A stretch of DNA of 64,000 nt. Source: Thermodesulfobacteriota bacterium (GTDB taxonomy: Bacteria > Desulfobacterota_D > UBA1144 > Nemesobacterales > UBA2774). Within the stretch, counting starts at the first letter, position 1; each line of letters begins with the position of its first letter. Shown piece by piece: positions 49,985-59,823 of this stretch. A program made the translations under genes and the position numbers. Under the pieces are notes generated by a model. The model had not been told where the DNA came from. It did no database searches and was given only the letters and a program-made list of their open reading frames with translations. The stretch is from assembly GCA_965216785.1 (NCBI GenBank), contig OZ244197.1:1696001-1760000 (forward strand). Reading direction: 5' to 3'.

Positions 49985-52399
49985 TTGACGAAAGAATCAA
50001 AATATATTCTTTGGTTTAAAGATATCGGCATCGAGGATATCCCTCTTGTTGGCGGTAAGAATGCTTCGCTTGGTGAGATGTACAGGGAGCTTGCGGCAGA
50101 GGGTATAAAGGTCCCCAATGGTTTTGCCGTCACGGCTCACAGTTACAACGATATACTGAGCTCATCAGGAATTTTAAATGATCTGAAAGACGCGATGGAT
50201 GGGCTTGATAAGAACGATGTTGCCGATCTGGCCAGGCGCGGCAAGCACGCCCGCGATTTAATTCTGGGGGCAGGAATTCCAGATGATATTTGGCAGGTGA
50301 TAGGGACTGCGTACGATGAGCTTTGCAAGGAATACGGTGTTAAAACCGATGTTGCGGTAAGGTCCTCGGCCACAGCAGAAGACCTGCCCACCGCTTCATT
50401 CGCGGGTCAGCAGGAGACCTATCTCAACATAAGCGGTAAGAGCGCGCTCAGAGAAGCATGCCTGAAATGCTTTGCGTCCCTCTTTACCGACAGAGCCATC
50501 TCTTACCGTATTGACAACGGCTTTGATCACTTTAAAGTGGCGCTTTCCGTGGGCGTGCAAAAGATGGTGCGCTCGGACCTGGCGACGAGCGGAGTGATAT
50601 TCACACTGGACACCGATACGGGTTTCCGCGACGTAGTCCTGATCACAGCTTGTTACGGGCTTGGAGAAAACATAGTCCAGGGGACAGTTAATCCCGATGA
50701 GTATTACGTGTTTAAACCTACCTTCAGGAGTGGTCATAGGGCAATCATCAAAAAAAACCTAGGTCAGAAGAAGATAAAAATGGTCTATGGTATAGGCGAT
50801 TCAAAGATGCTGACCCGGAATGTGGAAGTGTCGGCGATTGATAGAAGGCGCTTTTGTGTTTCAGACGAAGACCTTTTAAAATTAGCCGGCTATGCAATTG
50901 CAATAGAAGATCATTATACAGAAAAGGCGGGCGAACCGAGACCTATGGATATTGAGTGGGCTAAGGACGGCATGACCGGGGAACTCTTTATAGTTCAGGC
51001 AAGGCCTGAGACCGTGCAGGCGTTAAAAGACAGGGACGTTTTGGAAACATATCGCCTGGACGAAAAAGGGGAGGTCCTTGCTTCGGGTAAGAGCGTTGGA
51101 GAAAAGATAGCGAGCGGTAAAGCAAGGCTAGTGCGCGACTCCGGGAGTCTTTCAATGGTAGAGCCCGGTGAGGTTATTGTTGCCAACACCACTACGCCCG
51201 ATTGGGAGCCTGTGATGAAAACGGCCTCGGCCATCGTAACTAACAGGGGAGGTAGGACTTGTCATGCGGCCATCGTGAGCCGGGAGCTCGGAATACCGGC
51301 TGTTGTGGGCGCGGAGAACGCTACTGAAAATATAGATGACGGAATGCCGGTTACGGTAAGCTGCGCTCAGGGAGAGAAGGGTTTGGTTTATGAGGGTGAG
51401 CTTCCTTTTCATGTTGATAGAGTCACTCTGACAGATCTAAAGCGACCGAAAACAAAGATAATGATGAACCTGGCAAACCCAGAGCTTGCTTTTTCACTGT
51501 CCATGGTGCCAAATGACGGCGTTGGGCTTGCGCGTGTGGAGTTTATAATCACAAGCTACATCAAGATTCATCCCATGGCTCTCTTATATCCGGAAAAAGT
51601 CACAGACCCTAAGGCAATGAATGAAATCTACTATCTGACCTACGGCTATAAAGATAAAAAGTCCTATTTCGTCGACAGACTATCAGAGGGAGTAGGCACC
51701 ATTGCCGCGGCGTTTTATCCAAAACCCGTAATAGTGCGTATGAGCGATTTCAAAACTAATGAGTACGCAAGCCTTGTGGGAGGTGAGTTCTTTGAGCCCG
51801 CGGAGGAAAACCCCATGATAGGTTTTCGCGGAGCTTCACGTTACTACGATGAAAAGTACCGTGAAGGATTTGCGCTCGAATGCGAGGCCATGAAAAGAGT
51901 GCGTGAGGATATGGGACTCACAAATCTTGTGATAATGATCCCGTTTTGCAGAAGGGTGGAAGAGGCTAAAAAGGTGCTGGACGAAATGGCTAAAAACGGT
52001 CTCGTAAGGGGCGAGAGGGAGCTTGAGGTTTACGTGATGTGCGAGATACCGAATAACGTTATCCTGATAGATGAGTTCAGCGAGCTCTTTGATGGGTTTT
52101 CCATAGGCTCAAACGACCTGACGCAGCTTACTCTGGGAGTTGACAGAGACTCTGAGCTAATTGCACACGACTTTGATGAAAGAGACCCGGGTGTTATTAA
52201 GATGATCTCCATGACCATCCAAGGCTCAAAGCGCAATCAGACCCACTGCGGCATTTGCGGGCAGGCCCCGAGTGATTATCCTGAATTTGCGGAGTTCCTG
52301 GTCCGGGAAGGGATTGAGTCAATCTCACTAAACCCTGACTCGGTTATGAAAACTACACTCAGGGTAATAGAAATTGAGGAAGAGCTAGGTAATTTATAA
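49985..52399 (+). CDS. ppsA: Phosphoenolpyruvate synthase
   Basis: VGGKNASLGEM, VRSSATAEDLP.ASFAGQQET, GGRTCHAAI, EENPMIGFRGASRY; TTG start after AAGGAGG (alternative GTG 49967). Confidence 0.96.
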   Translation: MTKESKYILWFKDIGIEDIPLVGGKNASLGEMYRELAAEGIKVPNGFAVTAHSYNDILSSSGILNDLKDAMDGLDKNDVADLARRGKHARDLILGAGIPDDIWQVIGTAYDELCKEYGVKTDVAVRSSATAEDLPTASFAGQQETYLNISGKSALREACLKCFASLFTDRAISYRIDNGFDHFKVALSVGVQKMVRSDLATSGVIFTLDTDTGFRDVVLITACYGLGENIVQGTVNPDEYYVFKPTFRSGHRAIIKKNLGQKKIKMVYGIGDSKMLTRNVEVSAIDRRRFCVSDEDLLKLAGYAIAIEDHYTEKAGEPRPMDIEWAKDGMTGELFIVQARPETVQALKDRDVLETYRLDEKGEVLASGKSVGEKIASGKARLVRDSGSLSMVEPGEVIVANTTTPDWEPVMKTASAIVTNRGGRTCHAAIVSRELGIPAVVGAENATENIDDGMPVTVSCAQGEKGLVYEGELPFHVDRVTLTDLKRPKTKIMMNLANPELAFSLSMVPNDGVGLARVEFIITSYIKIHPMALLYPEKVTDPKAMNEIYYLTYGYKDKKSYFVDRLSEGVGTIAAAFYPKPVIVRMSDFKTNEYASLVGGEFFEPAEENPMIGFRGASRYYDEKYREGFALECEAMKRVREDMGLTNLVIMIPFCRRVEEAKKVLDEMAKNGLVRGERELEVYVMCEIPNNVILIDEFSELFDGFSIGSNDLTQLTLGVDRDSELIAHDFDERDPGVIKMISMTIQGSKRNQTHCGICGQAPSDYPEFAEFLVREGIESISLNPDSVMKTTLRVIEIEEELGNL

Positions 52400-52470
52400 A
52401 AAACTAAAAAAGCAGTGACAGACCGTAAATGTTTTAAAATTGGGAATAATAATTTAAGGAGGGCTTTCTG

Positions 52471-52818
52471 ATGGTAAAAAATTATCCTGAGTCTTACAGG
52501 TCTTTACTGGATATGCAGAAAAAACTTTCAGCCGAGCTGCCGGGTCCAATGAAAAGCTTTGGTCGTCTGCACCAAGATGTGATAACAGATGCCGCACTGG
52601 ATACGAAAGCCAAGGAGCTCATTGCATTAGGTATTGGGATAGCAGTCAGATGCGATGGCTGTATCTCATATCACATTCATGATGCACTTGTGGCGGGAGC
52701 AACGCGAGAGGAAATAATAGAGACAATCGGGGTTGCAATACTCATGGGCGGCGGGCCTTCAATGGTTTATGGATGCGAGGCACTCGAAGCGTTGGACCAA
52801 TTCGATAAAGAGAATTAA
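52471..52818 (+). CDS. Carboxymuconolactone decarboxylase / AhpD-like protein
   Basis: LDTKAKELIALGI...RCDGCISYH...GATREEI.E...MGGGP. Confidence 0.9.
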   Translation: MVKNYPESYRSLLDMQKKLSAELPGPMKSFGRLHQDVITDAALDTKAKELIALGIGIAVRCDGCISYHIHDALVAGATREEIIETIGVAILMGGGPSMVYGCEALEALDQFDKEN

Positions 52819-52850
52819 ATTCTCGGTTTCTATTTTATAATCTCTTAATA

Positions 52851-54020
52851 ATGAATGAAATATCTCTGGTTCTCCTAATTATCGGGGCTTTGTTACTTAC
52901 AGGATATTCCGCACACATAGTTGGTAAACGTACGCATGTACCCAGAGTGACTCTTTTACTATTATTAGGTCTTATCTCAGGTCCCCACTTACTGGATTTA
53001 ATTCCCAAAACAATTGAAGAATGGTTCCCCTTTATAGCTCATATGGCTCTTGCCATGGTCGGCTTTTTATTAGGAGAAAGTTTCTACGGTAAGAATTTGA
53101 AGTCTACCGGAAGGGACGTACTTTGGATTTCTATAGCGCAAACGGTGGTGGTCTCACTCTTAGTTTTTACTATTCTCTATATATCGGGAGCAGGGCTGGC
53201 ATTATCGCTTATACTTGCGGGGATTGCGCCCGCTACCGCTCCTGCGGCGACCATCGACCTGGTACAAGAGAGTAGGGCGAAGGGCCCGCTTTCCGATACC
53301 TTGCTCGGAGTTGTGGCGCTCGATGATGCGTGGGGAATTATTTTATTCAGCGTAATGCTTATACTGGCAGAGGGATCTGTTAACGGATCAATATCAGAAA
53401 TGCATTTCCTTCACGGATTATGGGAAGTTTTTGGTGCTGTAGTTTTGGGAGCAGTTTTGGGAGTTCCGATGGCTTGGCTTACGGGCAGGGTCAGGACGGG
53501 AGAGCCTACACTGCTTGAAGCCGCCGGTTTTGTATTTGTCTGCGGAGGGCTGGCGCTTTACCTGAACGTTTCATTTTTGCTGAGCTCTATGGTATTGGGC
53601 GCCGTCGTTGCCAATAAAGCCAAGCACCATACTAAACCATTTCGGGATATAAAGGGAATAAGCGAACCGTTCCTTGCACTGTTCTTTTTCTTGGCTGGTT
53701 ATGAGTTTGAGCTGGAAAGCTTTTATGTTATCGGCGGCGTTACAGTTACCTACATTATTACGAGATTAATAGGGAAGGTTCTTGGAGGCCTGGCCGGTGG
53801 TAAAATGTCAAAAGCACCTCAGGTAATCACACGCGGTATAGGATGGTGTTTAGTGCCTCAAGCAGGAGTTGCCGTAGGAATGGCTTTACTCGTGGTTGAA
53901 AGATTGCCTGCTCTTGGAATCAAGATTCTGCCGGTTGTAATAGCGAGCACGATTATATTTGAGATTATCGGCCCGATACTTACTTTATGGCAGCTCAGAA
54001 AAGCGGGTGAAGTTGAGTAA
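52851..54020 (+). CDS. Cation:proton antiporter (membrane domain only)
   Basis: About 12 TM helices, ATAPAAT, VALDD, PQAGVAVG. Confidence 0.88.
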   Translation: MNEISLVLLIIGALLLTGYSAHIVGKRTHVPRVTLLLLLGLISGPHLLDLIPKTIEEWFPFIAHMALAMVGFLLGESFYGKNLKSTGRDVLWISIAQTVVVSLLVFTILYISGAGLALSLILAGIAPATAPAATIDLVQESRAKGPLSDTLLGVVALDDAWGIILFSVMLILAEGSVNGSISEMHFLHGLWEVFGAVVLGAVLGVPMAWLTGRVRTGEPTLLEAAGFVFVCGGLALYLNVSFLLSSMVLGAVVANKAKHHTKPFRDIKGISEPFLALFFFLAGYEFELESFYVIGGVTVTYIITRLIGKVLGGLAGGKMSKAPQVITRGIGWCLVPQAGVAVGMALLVVERLPALGIKILPVVIASTIIFEIIGPILTLWQLRKAGEVE

Positions 54021-54145
54021 CGGCGAATCATTAATACTGGTATTATCGGGTTTTATCAACAATACTAAATGTATGAAACGAACTATGAGTACATCATATA
54101 TCAACCATTTGTCTTAAATAAGAAAATACACAGGAGTATTATTTA

Positions 54146-55051
54146 ATGCGGATTAAAAAAATTGTGTGGGCAACGGACGGGTCGAATGAAGCGCAAGAAG
54201 CGCTCAAATATGCGGTTTATCTGGCTAAGGAATATTCCGCAGAGATTTTGGGTGTATATGTAAGCACGAAGAAAGTTAAAAGTATCTCCTCAGAATTCTA
54301 TAGGTTGATGCAGGAGCAATTTAGCGATCTGGCCGAAACCGAAGATAAAGAATTTGAAGCTGATTTTGCCTCCACACAGGCAAGTATGAAATCCCAGGGC
54401 GTTCGTTTTGCCGGTACAGTTCTTAAAGGGGATGCAGCTTTAAAGATTGTAAATTTTATACACAAAGAAAACGCAGACCTTGTAGTGATCGGGACCCGGG
54501 GGCACGGGCTTATTGATAAAATGCTCATTGGAAGCACTACGCTTAAAGTCCTGAAAAAGTCTAGCATACCTGTCTTTGCCTTTAAAAAGAGTGAAAGAAA
54601 AAGAGCTAGTATTAAAAATATTCTCGTTCCGGTGGATGTGTTTCAACATAAGGGTCATGCGCTTGAGTATGCCGTCGACTTAGCCACTGTTCTGAACGCG
54701 CAAATACACGCGGTATATTCCATTCGGCTTGCTCGCCACATTTATGCTGTGCCGAGCATTCTGAACGAGCTCATTAAACACTCTAAAGCGGAGTTAATAA
54801 AAAGGGTAGAAGAAATAAAACTAAAACACAGGCTCCGGGGCAAAGATGCTGGTGAGCTCAGGATTAGCACACAAGTGATCCATGGCGTAAACCCGGCTAT
54901 AGCCATTACTGACTATGCTTCTACAAAGAATATTGATCTAATTGTTATAAACATGAACTCAAGAAGCGGAATTAAGAAATTGATTCTGGGCAGCACTACG
55001 GAAAAGATTGTTCGCTCTTCTCATTGCTCGACTCTCGTCGTAAGACCGTAG
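54146..55051 (+). CDS. Tandem universal stress protein
   Basis: KIVWATDGS, DLVVIGTRG...LIGSTT, ILVPVD, ILGSTTEKIVR. Confidence 0.92.
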   Translation: MRIKKIVWATDGSNEAQEALKYAVYLAKEYSAEILGVYVSTKKVKSISSEFYRLMQEQFSDLAETEDKEFEADFASTQASMKSQGVRFAGTVLKGDAALKIVNFIHKENADLVVIGTRGHGLIDKMLIGSTTLKVLKKSSIPVFAFKKSERKRASIKNILVPVDVFQHKGHALEYAVDLATVLNAQIHAVYSIRLARHIYAVPSILNELIKHSKAELIKRVEEIKLKHRLRGKDAGELRISTQVIHGVNPAIAITDYASTKNIDLIVINMNSRSGIKKLILGSTTEKIVRSSHCSTLVVRP

Positions 55052-55097
55052 TGGAAAAATCCGATCCACAACACCCCAAGTGTATCGGATTCTTACA
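55052..55097. promoter_or_regulatory. Inverted pair of candidate enhancer-binding-protein sites
   Basis: TGGAAAAATCCGATCCA (55052-55068) and TGTATCGGATTCTTACA (55081-55097), 14/17 inverted match. Confidence 0.5.
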
Positions 55098-55170
55098 TAG
55101 TCCCAAGCTTTTCAATTAGAAGAATAAATAATATTTATTAATGCAGGCTGGTTACAACAAGTTAATCCTA

Positions 55171-55186
55171 CGGCACGCAGATTGCA
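55171..55186 (+). promoter_or_regulatory. sigma54 promoter of CBS gene
   Basis: CGGCACGCAGATTGCA, near-consensus. Confidence 0.75.
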
Positions 55187-55237
55187 CAACGTATAAATAA
55201 ATGTTGGTAAAAATCTATGTGGTAGGAGGTAACGGTT

Positions 55238-55678
55238 ATGAGTTTAGGAAATATGTGTAGAAAAGATGTTGTTACCGTGGGCCCGGAAACGATGGTAAGT
55301 GATGTGACAAAGCTCATGGAAGAGAAAAACATCGGAAGTGTGATTGTTAAAAATATTATAGAGGGCGCTGACAGAGAAAAATTTGGCATCGTAACGGACA
55401 GGGATATAGCGCTCAGGGTTATTAATAATAACCTTGATCCCGCAAACACCCCGATTGACGATGTGATGACTCAAAATCTGGTATTGACCCTTAGAGAGGA
55501 CATGGGGCTTTTTGAAGCTCTCGAGCTGGTAAGAAAGAGTGCTATCAGAAGATTCCCGATCGTAGACATCGACGGTAACTTAAAAGGAATTCTCACACTC
55601 GATGATATAATCAGGCTATTAGGTAAAGAGATGGCCGATGTAGCTAATATTATAGAAAATGAGGGGCCGCTTCTGTAA
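55238..55678 (+). CDS. CBS domain protein (Hrp1/Rv2626c-like)
   Basis: VVTVGPE...LMEEKNIGSV, GIVTDRDI, IRRFPIVD..G.L.GILTLDD. Confidence 0.9.
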   Translation: MSLGNMCRKDVVTVGPETMVSDVTKLMEEKNIGSVIVKNIIEGADREKFGIVTDRDIALRVINNNLDPANTPIDDVMTQNLVLTLREDMGLFEALELVRKSAIRRFPIVDIDGNLKGILTLDDIIRLLGKEMADVANIIENEGPLL

Positions 55679-55704
55679 GAGCGTTTCTATATACTCAATT
55701 TCTG

Positions 55705-56895
55705 TCATACTATTTGGAACTGTCCTTTCAGTACTTTTTCCCACATCTCAGGCATTTCGTCGAGCATCTTTTCGGTAAGGAGTCCTATAGCATCTTCGTC
55801 GTAGTCTTTACCTTTAAGCTTTATATCGAGTGCCATGGGCTCGTTTATGGGTTTTCCTATTTGGGACACAATATAACAATATGCCTCTTCCGCATAGCCT
55901 TTTTGAATGATCAGTCGGCACAGCTCATTAGCGAATAAGTTGTAGATTTTTCCTACATGGCTAACGGGGTTTTTACCGGCCACTGCTTCGAGCGTCATGG
56001 GCCTGTATGGTGTAATCAATCCGTTTGCCCTGTTTCCCCTGCCTACCTGACCGTCATCTCCCCCCTCGGCGCTTGTTCCCGACACAGTGAGGTATACGCT
56101 TTCACTAGCGTAGTCATCGGCTGCGTTGATTTTTAGCTCTGTCCCTTCTCGGATACAATCCTGCGCTTCCAGGAAATCCTTAATTTCATTAATTTTCTGT
56201 ATATAATCAGTTATCGATATTACGTATTTATCAACGATCGCGATTGCAACGGTAAGTGTTATTTTCTCTTTATATCTTACTCCCATAACCTTTATATCTT
56301 CGCCTATGTAGGGATAGGCCCTTTTGGTTTCGGGATTATTTAGCAATTTCTCGGCCTTTAGTACAGTTTCCTCGAGAGTGTCGTGAGGATAAAATCCCGT
56401 TCCTATGGACGTATCGTTTGACAGGGGGATATCTCCTTTGCCAAAACGCTCGAACAGCTCTATTAGGTCTTTGCTCCCGGATCTGATCTTAACGTCGATT
56501 TTAATATGATCTTCTACGTCAAGGTGGCGGACATTTTTACTTATGGATTTCCTGACCGCATCTCTAGCTATTTCGTCTATGGGTAGGGCTATTCCTCTCT
56601 TCTCTTTTACTGCTCTTCCCGCAATGGTTAGCTCTATGGGCTTTACTATTCTGCCGCCGTTGTATGAGGGCTTTGACGCTCCTCCGACAAGAAGCGCTTT
56701 ATCGACATTGTGGTGCATGATTGAGCCGAATTCTTCGAGATAGTATTTACTTATAGCGATCGAAGTATCTTCGGCAATGAGATCACATATCGTATCGGGA
56801 TGTCCAAGTCCCTTCCTTTCGACAATCTCTATATCTCGGTCCTGAGCGAGCGTGTCGGTGAGTGGACCTACGAATATATTGTTATTCATATTCAT
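55705..56895 (-). CDS. mat: Archaeal-type methionine adenosyltransferase (SAM synthetase)
   Basis: [65 protein letters not shown]. Confidence 0.92.
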   Translation of the reverse strand: MNMNNNIFVGPLTDTLAQDRDIEIVERKGLGHPDTICDLIAEDTSIAISKYYLEEFGSIMHHNVDKALLVGGASKPSYNGGRIVKPIELTIAGRAVKEKRGIALPIDEIARDAVRKSISKNVRHLDVEDHIKIDVKIRSGSKDLIELFERFGKGDIPLSNDTSIGTGFYPHDTLEETVLKAEKLLNNPETKRAYPYIGEDIKVMGVRYKEKITLTVAIAIVDKYVISITDYIQKINEIKDFLEAQDCIREGTELKINAADDYASESVYLTVSGTSAEGGDDGQVGRGNRANGLITPYRPMTLEAVAGKNPVSHVGKIYNLFANELCRLIIQKGYAEEAYCYIVSQIGKPINEPMALDIKLKGKDYDEDAIGLLTEKMLDEMPEMWEKVLKGQFQIV

Positions 56896-56904
56896 GAGTC
56901 ATAT

Positions 56905-56920
56905 TGCAAGACATATACCA
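56905..56920 (-). promoter_or_regulatory. sigma54 promoter of mat
   Basis: Minus strand TGGTATATGTCTTGCA (GG-N10-GC); predicted start site falls at the first ATG. Confidence 0.6.
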
Positions 56921-57003
56921 GTAAGAAATAGTAACACAAGCGGAATTAAGAGCGCTCTGGCGATATATCTTTTGTGAGAGGAAAAATGAGAGAAATTGTC
57001 AGA

Positions 57004-57020
57004 TGTCAGATTTATAGACG
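57004..57020. promoter_or_regulatory. Candidate enhancer-binding-protein site between divergent mat and pcm
   Basis: TGTCAGATTTATAGACG, 13/17 identical to the site at 48151. Confidence 0.5.
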
Positions 57021-57141
57021 GAGTATTCGTCTTTATTTGAAACAAAGGCTGAGGGTAGGGTATATAAAATTGAACCTCTTTTCAGCTATCTGCCTGTAAA
57101 TGTAAGATTGCTCGGAATTCTCTCCAATAACTGGATGCTCC

Positions 57142-57157
57142 TGGCATCAATATTGCT
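57142..57157 (+). promoter_or_regulatory. sigma54 promoter of the pcm operon
   Basis: TGGCATCAATATTGCT (GG-N10-GC). Confidence 0.7.
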
Positions 57158-57206
57158 CATTTAACTATTAGAGGTAGTAGGCACTGGACCTAAGAGGAGG
57201 CTTTAA

Positions 57207-57920
57207 ATGGAGCTATTATTTGTAGCTGTTTCTTTGTGTCTGTTGCTGGCCGCGGCTTTTAATGCCGATAAGGACGGCGGGACATATTCCCAAAGGCGGT
57301 GGGATATGGTCGAGTCTCAGATTGTCTCCAGGGGGGTTAGCGGAGCCCGGTTAATTGAGGCAATGCTTAAAGTTCCGAGGCATAAGTTCGTTCACCAGGA
57401 TTTTAGACACCAGGCGTACCTTGATTGCGCTCTTCCGATCGAGATGGGTCAGACTATATCTCAGCCATACATAGTCGCCTACATGACAGAGCTCCTAAAC
57501 CTGAAGGAAGGGAATAAGGTGCTTGAAATCGGTACAGGCTCGGGTTATCAGTCCGCTATACTCGCTGAGATGGGCTGCGAAGTATATACGATAGAGATAA
57601 TAGAGCCTCTTTCAAAAAGCGCTAAAGAAGTTTTAGATGAATTAGGTTATAAGAATATTCACTATAAAGTCGGCGACGGATACGAGGGGTGGAAAGAGCA
57701 CGCTCCCTACGACGGGATTGTCGTAACAGCTGCTCCGCCAGAGATTCCCGAGCCGTTAAAAGCGCAGCTCAATGAAAGGGGTAGGATGGTAATACCTGTT
57801 GGCGAGAATATTCAGGAGCTCGTCCTTATTAAAAATACTAAAACGGGGTTGGTTGAAAAAAGGGTAACCCCGGTACGCTTTGTTCCTATGGTGGGAGAGG
57901 CCCGGAAATCTCATCATTAA
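57207..57920 (+). CDS. pcm: Protein-L-isoaspartate O-methyltransferase
   Basis: VPRHKFV, GQTISQPYIV, VLEIGTGSGYQ, APYDGIVVTAA, VRFVPM; hydrophobic N-terminal extension. Confidence 0.95.
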   Translation: MELLFVAVSLCLLLAAAFNADKDGGTYSQRRWDMVESQIVSRGVSGARLIEAMLKVPRHKFVHQDFRHQAYLDCALPIEMGQTISQPYIVAYMTELLNLKEGNKVLEIGTGSGYQSAILAEMGCEVYTIEIIEPLSKSAKEVLDELGYKNIHYKVGDGYEGWKEHAPYDGIVVTAAPPEIPEPLKAQLNERGRMVIPVGENIQELVLIKNTKTGLVEKRVTPVRFVPMVGEARKSHH

Positions 57921-57975
57921 GAGAGGGTTGTAGCGTAGAGACAGGGGGATAAAAACACAATTCGGAGGTACTAAA

Positions 57976-58455
57976 ATGAGTATCTTGAAGAGGTTAAAAA
58001 AATATCTGGATGAGAATAATATCAAATATATAGTGATAGCTCACTCCCCTTCCCATACGGGACAGGAGCTTGCCGAGACTGTGCACATTTCCGGCAAGGA
58101 GATAGCAAAAACAGTTATTCTTAAAACAGAGGATCAATACGTGATGGCGGTGCTGCCGGCTTCACGGATGATAGACGTTGAGTATCTCGAAGAATATATA
58201 GGAGCTCAGGGGCTCAGGCTTGCGGAAGAGAGTGAATTTAATGAATTATTCCCTGACTGTGAGCTTGGAGCGATGCCTCCATTCGGCAATTTATACGGGA
58301 TACCCGTTTACTCGGCCTCAGCCTTATCCGATGATGAGGAAATCGTTTTCAACGCCGGCACTCATACGGACGCCATTAGAATGAGCTACAAAGATTACGC
58401 GGATTTGGTTAAGCCTACGGTGATTCATTTTTCAGAACCGCTTTACACGCAGTAA
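57976..58455 (+). CDS. YbaK/EbsC family aminoacyl-tRNA deacylase
   Basis: IAKTVIL, LAEESE...FPDCELGAMPPFG, FNAGTH. Confidence 0.9.
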   Translation: MSILKRLKKYLDENNIKYIVIAHSPSHTGQELAETVHISGKEIAKTVILKTEDQYVMAVLPASRMIDVEYLEEYIGAQGLRLAEESEFNELFPDCELGAMPPFGNLYGIPVYSASALSDDEEIVFNAGTHTDAIRMSYKDYADLVKPTVIHFSEPLYTQ

Positions 58456-58558
58456 TAAGCTGTGGTCATCAAGGCGTGAATTGGGTGCAGGGGCGGATAC
58501 GTGATTGATGGCCGATATGCATGGCGCTTGACTAAATAGATCGAAGAGAGGGAAAATC

Positions 58559-59758
58559 ATGGAATTTAACAACAGAATAAAGAGCCTTTCAGATTATGAG
58601 TATCAAAATAACCCGGTAACTTCCCTATACCTTAAATTGGGACCTCAGGATAGACAGAACCTAAAGTATAAATTGACTGTAAAGAACCTGGTAAGAGATA
58701 CAAGGGAGGCTCTCGGCAAACGAGGGTTAAGTAAGTCCGCATTAGACTCCATAGATTCTGATTTTTCTAAAATTACGGGATACGTGGAGAAAACAGCCGA
58801 TATCTCCGAATGCCGGGGTTTAGCTATATTTTCATCATCAGGTGAAGAATATTGGGAGGTATTTAAGCTCCCCGAAGTGTACCGAAACCAGCTAGTAGTG
58901 GACAGAACGCCTCTACTTGGCCAGCTGATAAAAATAAACGAGGAATACAGTGATATCGTCACGGTATTCGTGGATAGAAAAAAGGCAAGGATTTTCAGAC
59001 TCGACCCCGAAGGTTCGAATGAGATTTTGGATTATTTCTATCCGGCGGCATCGAGGACCAGGAAATTCAGCTCACCGGAAGGCACATTCAAACAGAGGGT
59101 TTCACAGGGAGAGGGAACGGGCAGTATGACACAGAGTTACGGGGAGCACAGCTTTCAAAGAACAATTGAAAACGAGGTGCATCAGCACTATAAGTACACC
59201 TCAGATAAGGTATTTGAGTATTATAAAGAACATAAATTCAAGTGGCTTATCGTAGGAGGTACGGAAAAGAATATCTCAGAGTTCACTGAGCATCTGCATA
59301 CGTATCTCGGGGACATTTTGGCGGGCACAATTACTGCAGACGTGGATAAAATAAAGCCTTATCAGGTTATGGATGCAGCATTGGAAGCGCTGCAGTCAAA
59401 GAAAATAGAGAGGCTACAAAGATTACTTGCCGAATTTGAGGAGAAAAAAGGCAAGGGATTAACCGTAGAAGGTGTTGATTCTACATTAAGCGCTCTATCA
59501 GCAGGTCAATTAAGAGTTCTCTTTGTAGAAGAAGATTTCAACATCCCGGGATTTGTGTGTCCTGAGACAGGGGTGCTGTTAACAGAAGAAAACAAAGAGC
59601 TTTGCCCGGAAGACGCGGAGCCCAAATACGTTGTCGATGTAGTGGACCTTTCCATTGAGGAAGCCTTCAGGCAAAAAGCGGAGATAGAGATTTTGCGCAG
59701 TGAAGAATCTAAGAAGAAAATAAGCGGGATGGCGGGAATTCTGAGGTTTAAACAATAG
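58559..59758 (+). CDS. Bacterial archaeo-eukaryotic release factor 1-like protein (baeRF, probably family 10), lacking GGQ
   Basis: VTSLYL, RGLAIF, VDRKKARIF, LIVGG, eRF1 domain-3-like C-terminus ending GMAGILRF. Confidence 0.8.
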   Translation: MEFNNRIKSLSDYEYQNNPVTSLYLKLGPQDRQNLKYKLTVKNLVRDTREALGKRGLSKSALDSIDSDFSKITGYVEKTADISECRGLAIFSSSGEEYWEVFKLPEVYRNQLVVDRTPLLGQLIKINEEYSDIVTVFVDRKKARIFRLDPEGSNEILDYFYPAASRTRKFSSPEGTFKQRVSQGEGTGSMTQSYGEHSFQRTIENEVHQHYKYTSDKVFEYYKEHKFKWLIVGGTEKNISEFTEHLHTYLGDILAGTITADVDKIKPYQVMDAALEALQSKKIERLQRLLAEFEEKKGKGLTVEGVDSTLSALSAGQLRVLFVEEDFNIPGFVCPETGVLLTEENKELCPEDAEPKYVVDVVDLSIEEAFRQKAEIEILRSEESKKKISGMAGILRFKQ

Positions 59759-59823
59759 GAAGGGTGATAACTCTTTAACCATCAAAACATCCCGAAACGT
59801 GAAGTAAGCGGGGTTTCGCGAAA

